64,000 nucleotides of DNA from Styela clava. Taxonomy: Eukaryota. The stretch spans positions 11,098,001 through 11,162,000 of the forward strand of contig NC_135255.1 of the NCBI RefSeq assembly GCF_964204865.1, read 5' to 3'. The notes below the pieces were generated by a model, which did no database searches, was not told where the DNA came from, and saw only the letters and a program-made list of their open reading frames with translations. The translations under genes were made by a program, and so were the position numbers. Numbering within the stretch: the stretch's first letter is position 1; each line of letters starts with the position of its first letter. Below are positions 56,881-64,000 of the stretch, in pieces.

Positions 56881-57860
56881 TAGGGGAAGGTGGGGCACGT
56901 TGGGACATGGGGCACAGTGGAAAATCAGCTCTCACACTGATACTATATCCGCAATCCTGTCCGCGGTTCGATGTTTCAATCCGCCCTTCGGTGAGTTACA
57001 ACGTCCCCGCGAACGGACAACGGACGGATAGAGCGTCGCAAGCTATGAGGCGAAATTGGTTTTGGGAGGTTGGAACTGAAATTTCACCGTTCCATTTTTT
57101 TCTTTTCCCTACTTTAGCTTTTCCAACATGACAAAACAACGTCTGATATTTTTCAGCTTTAGTCCACTGTAAAATATTTATAACGTTGGCGAGTGTATGT
57201 GCCTTCCGAATTTCGCCGTGGGATGGTCTGAAAATATTTGTTTCCTATGGGGAACAATGGACCGGGGTTCAGTGGGACATGCCCTACAGGGCAAAATTCG
57301 TCAGTGTTCGATACAATAAGTGCTTAGAGACCTAGAGATGCGTTATATTTTGTGTAATATTATGGTTTCTTTCGACCCATGGCCCAATATGGAATATATA
57401 TTCGAGAATCAATAATATTTCCTGATTTAAATTCGAGGAAGGAAATAATCAAATTTATTTGCGAAATTTTTTGTCAAAATATCTGAACTATTTCAGTTGA
57501 ACATTGATTTAAAAATATTAAATCTTCAAATTTGAAGTCTCCCTGTTCTTTAGACGATTATGCTGAATAATTTCTTATTTTTTAAGGGCATACTTCGTTG
57601 AGTTTTGACAGACTGACCCATTGTGCCCCATGGTCTGTCCGAATGTGCCCCACAAGTGGGGTACAGTGGGACACTTGACAGACGTTTTTCAAAGCATTTT
57701 GGTAGTAAGATGTGTGTCACAAGGAAATTTCTTAGTCGCTGAATAAAAACTACATTTACCCCTCTATGCATTAGTCCCGCAAACGTAAGTGAATATGCAG
57801 AATGAACGGCTCAAAATATGCAAAAGAAAAAAGTGTCCCAACCTTCCTCACTTTCCCCTA
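56881..57860. mobile_element. Non-autonomous TA-flanked DNA transposon (Tc1/mariner-pogo-like MITE, about 1 kb)
   Basis: TAGGGGAAGGTGGGGCACGTTGGGACA / TGTCCCAACCTTCCTCACTTTCCCCTA; internal repeats GGGGNACAGTGGGACA. Confidence 0.8.
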
Positions 57861-58135
57861 CATTAACTGAATGGCCCTATATGTATATTTAATTGACTGT
57901 ATATACATATGACATTGACTGTATATGCATATTTGGTTGGCGCCATAAGTATATTTTTTACTGTATATCACGTACTGTATATCACGTTACCAACCCCACT
58001 CATTTATACTGGAGACGCCTGAAGAAATTACACCGCAATGATCAAATGACGTAGGTTATCAGTTTATTAATGTTGTTTCATATGTATGCATTTTTATATG
58101 GTCTATGATTTAGGCTAATTTTGGAATAAAAAAGA

Positions 58136-61100
58136 TCATAATTTGCGATAAACGTAAATAATTGCCATCAGCTTATTTCCAACTGAAAATTCCACTGCAC
58201 AATGCTGCATCAGTTTTTCTTCGATTTTTTCGATTTCTGCTTCTTTAACAAGTTCGTCCAATGTCTTTTCCATTCGATATTTATATTCTTTTTCGTGATC
58301 TGTATGTCGGATGTTCCAAAGAGCATATCCGCCTAGTTTGAGTGCGCGAACTAAAGGCTGTTGACATTAAAAATGAAATTCATTTTTAACATGTTTTTTT
58401 AAAACAGTCATTGATACTGCATGTTATCATTCACAAGACGGTGGAGGAAATTAAACTTCACCTGACAGCAACTTTGTGCGGGTTTTCATTTTATAGATCT
58501 GTGGTTAAAAAAATTTGATTCTCACTTCAATTCGAGGCGGCAATACTGAGATCTCAGAATTTGCACTACAAAAACTTGGTGGTTACTATTAAACATTCAA
58601 CTAGGAACTATCGAATATGAACTCTGACGCTAGTATACTCAATAAACTGTAGGCTCCACAGCACTGGCTTACCAATCATAGTGACATACATATGGATCAT
58701 TTAAAACATTTCTTATTGTTTATACCAATAGTATCATAGTTATGCATACCTAAACGATATAAAGACGGTTTTGATTTTTAAATCAAACGCTTCCATGAGC
58801 TCAGACTTAGATCTAGTCCAATATTAGGATCAATACCGTGACACATTCAGGTTCCATGTGACCACTCATCATTGTTCCCGCACAAATTACTGCATCGTAG
58901 AGGCCATACTCCAGAGGAATTGGTTTGTCAGGGAAAACGCCAATATTATAATGTCTCCTGTTGAAAGCGTAAATTATTAAGGAACTAATTAAGGATGGTT
59001 TGAAGTGTTGTTTTCCTAGGTAAATTAGCATTCGATGGATTTCACCCGCTGACCGACCCCAGAAAAATACCCCTGTCCCCTATACATAAGTATTATGGTA
59101 TTTAACACGCTTCTTTAAAATTATTACTTTGTCGGAAAATATTCAATTTTTAATTATTGGATATGAAAGAAGTCTCAAAAAACTGCTACTTTTATTCAAT
59201 TATTTCCGTGTTCTGTTGTGACCAATATTTCAAATTTTGCTGTTCTTATTTAATTTATGGAACACTATTATATGACGCCTTCATATGACATCCGGTACAA
59301 TTATTTTAATATTTGGCTGCAATTTTGCTGAAAGTGATATAATTCTCACCTATATATGAATTTAGATCTAGCAACGTCCAACATAGCCCTATTTATATCC
59401 AATGCGTCTATGATTCCTTTGAATCCTTGCTTTTTCAAGACCTCTCCACATTTTCCGGTTCCTAAATCGAATGATATCAATGCTGTGTGATGGTTTGTTC
59501 TACATTTACACATTCTACCAAATTAGTGACATATCGTCACGCTAATAACCGAATTGCGTAAGTCATTTTTGACGAATTTGAGTTTTCTCGTTAAAACCCA
59601 TTTATATGTTGTTGCGCACCAGCATGTTGAATTAGTTTTTAATAAACGGATAATAAAACGCTTTACTGGGAGAACAAAACGCTTTGCCTAAGTCATAGAT
59701 GTGACATACGCAAATTTTGTTTCTAAAGCGATGCCATCATACGATATTAGGACGTCATACCCATTACATCGCGGTTGTCTTCAGCAGACATCGCCGTAGA
59801 AGCCTGCCGTTAGGTTGTGAGCCGTTATCCGATGTTGGTGTGTCTTGTCATTATATAGCGATTAAAATGAGTGCTTCACTTCTGAGAAACCTTAATGCGA
59901 ATGAAGTTATTATGAGGATAGAAAATGAAGATTCAGGTGGGTCTGTAGGTCTATATTTAATTTTTGCAAAGTTTCGTTAATCTACGTACCAACTAAAAAT
60001 GAGTTTAGTAAAGAACGTACCAAGTATTTTATTCTTATAGATGACATGCTTGAAACCCAAAGTGTGTCAGATTCAGACCCAGACTTTGTTTTTATTCAAG
60101 AGTTTGATGAGGATGAAGAAAATTGGCAAGGTGTTAAATCTAAAAAATTATCCAACTACGCTCAACGCAGTTCCACAGTGGTTAGTCCTGTTTTGTTTTC
60201 AATTTATTTAATATCATCATTGCCGATAACGCTACACTTTAAATCATGTTTTCATTACCTGTTTTAGACGTTGGGTAAAAGGAAACGCGTAAAACGGGCG
60301 CGCCCCTTTGGATGGAAAAATAATATTTGCAAAAGGAATCGTCTAGCTGGATTAAATTACAAAAGCCGAAAAGGAAAGCAAAATATAGCAAGGCAATGTG
60401 CGAGTTTGACAGAAGATGATAGACAGTGGGTTTTCAAAAATTTTCGGAAAATGGAATCGTGGTCTGAAAGAAGATCATATGTCAGGGCTTCAGTATCGAA
60501 GGTAAACGATATTTAGAAACACTGATTTTATGTCACGCTTTCCGCATCTCATTCAATTAAATTTGTACTGTTTCGTAGGTTACCACCAAGCAAAGGAAAA
60601 TTGCTGAAAATATGTCAAGAAGAAAGTCATCTTTTGAATACCATTTACAATTACAAAATGGAAAATGCATTCTGGTGTGCAAAAAACTCTTTTCGGCTAC
60701 AATTGGCATTAGCCAACGAACTTTGCTCTCGTGGCTGGAAGGTCCCGCACCATTCATAAAGTTTTTGGACCCGCATCGTCCAAGAAAAGGTATGTAGCAA
60801 AAAGAGCAATAAATGCACAATGTAATATTCATTTAATATTCATTGAATAATGACTGAAACATTCATTTTCTATTTTTTTAAGGTAAAACTGCTTTTATCC
60901 AAAGGCAAGATATGGATTTCATTATAAAATGGTTACATGAACTACCTACATTGTCATCTCACTATTGCCGTTCTAGAGGTACCTATAAGAATAAAAAGTA
61001 TCTATATCCCGGAACGACTGTTTCAAATCTTCATCGCTTATATTCTGAAGAGGCAACAAATTCTGAAAGACGGGTTATTAGCATCGCAAAGTTCAGGGAC

Positions 61101-63279
61101 ATATTTAACAAAGAAAATTTTTCATCATTTCGGCCTAGAAAGCCCCAATGTGATATTTGTGTGGGATTTTCGCATGGAAATATTGACGACGGGGAGTATA
61201 GAGCCCACGTAATATCAAAAGATGTGACGAGAGCTGAAAAAAATGCCGACAAAGAATCAGCTGACGTGAGCAGATCCGTTTGGACTATGGACTTACAGGC
61301 AGTCCTGATTCTTCCCAAAACTCACGCCAGTTCGATGTATTATAAAACCAAACTTCAGATGCATAATTTTACTCTTTATAATTTGCAAACAAAAGAAGGA
61401 TTCTGCTATCCACGGGAAGAGCACGAAGGCGATTTAAGTAGTGAAGTGTTTGCCTCGCTACAGTTCTCTCATTTCAACCAATATGTTACAGATCATCCTT
61501 CAATAAAAGAACTAGTGATATGGAGTGATGGTTGTGGGTATCAAAACCGTAATGTAATCGTCGCAAATGCATATTTAGATTTGGCACGGAAACATAAAAT
61601 TAAATCATGTAAAACGTAATCATGCAGTGTGCAAGACTGGATTTTAACAACAACATCAGGATTTTAAGAAAATGACTGGGAAATACTTTGCCAGTATACG
61701 CCCTGGAAATACAGCAGGTGATCCAAAGGTGCATCATCTCCGAGCAATACAGTATACTTCCACAATTCACTTCAAAACTACGTTTATGGATGAGTGGGAA
61801 TTACTTCCACGCAGAATCCATAAACCTGAAAAACCATTCCAATGGATAGATTTGTTTCCAGGTCAACTTAAGATAAGCTGTAGAAAATTTTGTGATTTAC
61901 AAGAAATGAAGAGAGTGCTGCCAACATACGCACATTGCTTTTATGACAAAATTCCACACCATTTATAATAAATAACTACCCTATTTTCAAAGAAGAAATG
62001 CAAAGTTACGTTAGTTTTCGCTGAGTAGTTAATTTTACAAAAGTTTTTTTTTCTTCTGTTTTTTCAATGAATTCTCCATTGTTTGTTGAATGGCATTGTA
62101 TGGTTGTGTTGACAAGGTTAAAGTTATGATCGAATTGTATTTTGAATGTCGTACACACCTGCAATTCAGCGCTCTTTTTTATTTTTTTATACTTTATAAT
62201 CAATATCTATGGAAAGTCTCAATTTTGGTGGGTGTTTAGAGCGCATTAAATTGTTGAAATATATATTTCAAAATTAAAAAAAATAATGTTATTAAAACAG
62301 ATAAGCTGTTTTGGGGTTTGGACATTGTAGAGACTGTAAATTACATTCGTTTTTTGAATGTTCGCTTTCGAGGAATGATAGTTCCAACAAAGTTGCGAAA
62401 TTGCGTATGTCACCAAGTCATAGGCGCATTTCTGCGTAAGTCACAGTGCGCCATTATGACGTCACATGCCTGCGTCATACAAATTAATTTAAATCCGGCT
62501 ACCGTTAAAATAATGAACCATGGGAAATTATTTACTCTACATGGCAAAACAATACCAAGAGGAAGTTTTTTACGTTTTTCTCGAAACTGCTAAAAATGAC
62601 TTACGCAATTCGGTTATTAGCGTGGCGATATGTCAATATACATTGAATTGTTAGAATATCTACAGCACAGTAAAAGTATATTGACTTATTTATACTACTG
62701 GGATATCATTTGACCGGGCATTCATTTATATTGCGACTAATACCCGTTCAGAATAAACGTAAGGGATATTAATATCAACATTTATGTACTTCAGAAATAA
62801 GGTTGTTTTAGAAGTTATAGTAACTCTGGCTACATAGCCCATATGAAAAGATATAGAAAAGGGATGTCGAAGTAATGAGATCAGCCCCATTGAAAAACAA
62901 AATATATATATAATGTGTTTATCAACTCAGAGATATATTCCACGATTGGTATGAAGTCCACAAAAACAACGAGTCACAGCGATTTGGGAAAAGATATTTC
63001 TATTATGAACGTACCGGAATTAAGAGTCATTCATATATTTTTAAAGATATGATCACTCCCTCTTTGTAATTGAGCTATAAAGTCAATGCCATAATATTTT
63101 GTGTTATTCAATAAATATGTCAAAATAGACAACTCGACATTACCTGCTCCAATATCCAAAATTTGACTAGTCGGCGAGTTATTGACGTATTTCATCATTT
63201 TCCCGACCAGATTATCAGGAGTACAATATCCCGTCGTAATAACATCGTCGTCATACACCTTTGACCATTCTGTGTAAAC
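58136..63279 (-). CDS. METTL27/WBSCR27-like class I SAM methyltransferase (exons 63279-63144, 59461-59350, 58957-58837, 58357-58136; 5' exon not identified)
   Basis: YTEWSKVYDDD..GY..P; ILDIGAG|TG (motif I); IDALDI...ML..A; YDAVICAG..GH; RALKLGGY; ends IYVYRKL*. Confidence 0.85.
59535..62627 (+). mobile_element. Sola1-type DNA transposon (3.1 kb) in a methyltransferase intron
   Basis: TIRs of about 34 bp, CGTCACGCTAATAACCGAATTGCGTAAGTCATTTTT / AAAAATGACTTACGCAATTCGGTTATTAGCGTGGCG; 4-bp TSD ATAT (AWWT). Confidence 0.88.
59867..61968 (+). pseudogene. Intron-containing Sola1 transposase, internally deleted
   Basis: SHYCR, YLYP..LHRLY, F.RPRK.QCD.C, DLQAVL..PK, YYKTKL..HNFT and WSDGCGYQNRN motifs; GT-AG introns; frame break near 61610. 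Confidence 0.8.
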
Positions 63280-63376
63280 CTGATTGGAATGAACGAAGCG
63301 AGTTGAATCCAAGTATCATTCATGGCTTGCCCCCAGACATTCAGATATTATTGCACGATAAGTGCATGGTCTACCC

Positions 63377-64000
63377 CAGTGGTCGGCAACCACCGGGCCG
63401 CGGCTCATCGCCAGTCCGCGGAAAGGTTACTGCCGGTCCGCAGAGAGGTGACACAAAAACGAACAAGGCCGTAATAAAACCTTTACAATCTAATCACAAA
63501 CCCTACGACTAAAAAACATTGATTTTTAAAATTTAAAAATGTCTGGGAAACGGAGCGACGAGGGTCGTGCATTCCCAAGTGCTTGAACGGAAAAATAGTT
63601 TTCTCTATTGCGCATTCCAAAACCGGTTTGCTCGATATGCCCAGTCAGCAGTCAGCATCGCAGTTGTTAAGGGTTTCAATGTTAAACTCGTTACAAAACG
63701 AGTCGTCGAAAATTCGACCCCGAGGCCCGGGACTGCACGATTTATTTATTATACCCGTATTTGAATAATTTTTATGGTATATGAAAAGGAATATAAATGA
63801 AATAAATAAATAATTAAAATATTGGATTTACGAAGATAGGATTAACTTTGGTTTATGAAAATCCATTATAACACAATGTGAATATGAAGATCAATTTCAA
63901 TTACTACTGAAAGGGATTTTTCAAAGTACAAGAAGGGGGTTTGTAATCAAATATATAAATAACTAATATCATTTATTAACAAAGGATGAAAAATAGAACT
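63377..64000. mobile_element. Left end of a hAT-type element running out of the window
   Basis: CAGTGGTCGGCAACC..GGGCCGCGG..CCGCGG terminus typical of the hAT MITEs in this window. Confidence 0.55.

Noticed and set aside
56690-57990. Degenerate repeats of about 20 bp (TATATGACATTGGCTG-like) flanking the 1-kb MITE
   Set aside because: Decayed low-complexity minisatellite interrupted by the MITE; no further structure seen

Overview
AT-rich, intron-rich, compact eukaryotic (invertebrate animal) genomic DNA. Gene density, intron sizes and repeat types suggest an ascidian/tunicate (inference only). Genes reconstructed by hand from splice signals and recalled protein homology: POLR2H/RPB8 (3' part), two tandem Mpv17/PMP22-family paralogs, PSMA1 (with a U12-type minor intron), ATP6V1C, DEAF1 (SAND+MYND), an orphan 130-aa single-pass membrane protein, a p24/TMED GOLD protein, ESCO2, a Sulfotransfer_4-type P-loop sulfotransferase and a METTL27/WBSCR27-like methyltransferase. 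Introns and intergenic DNA hold many DNA transposons: a nested hAT cluster at 4.4-10.3 kb, several hAT MITEs with 8-bp TSDs, TA-TSD Tc1/mariner-type elements, an intron-containing Sola1 element and a palindromic GG...CC MITE family carrying YY1-like motifs. A tRNA-derived SINE family is also present. The most unusual signal is a near-perfect 93-bp inverted repeat in a sulfotransferase intron. Each arm encodes a minimal hammerhead ribozyme of the Penelope-like type, and a truncated hairpin of the same family lies in a POLR2H intron.
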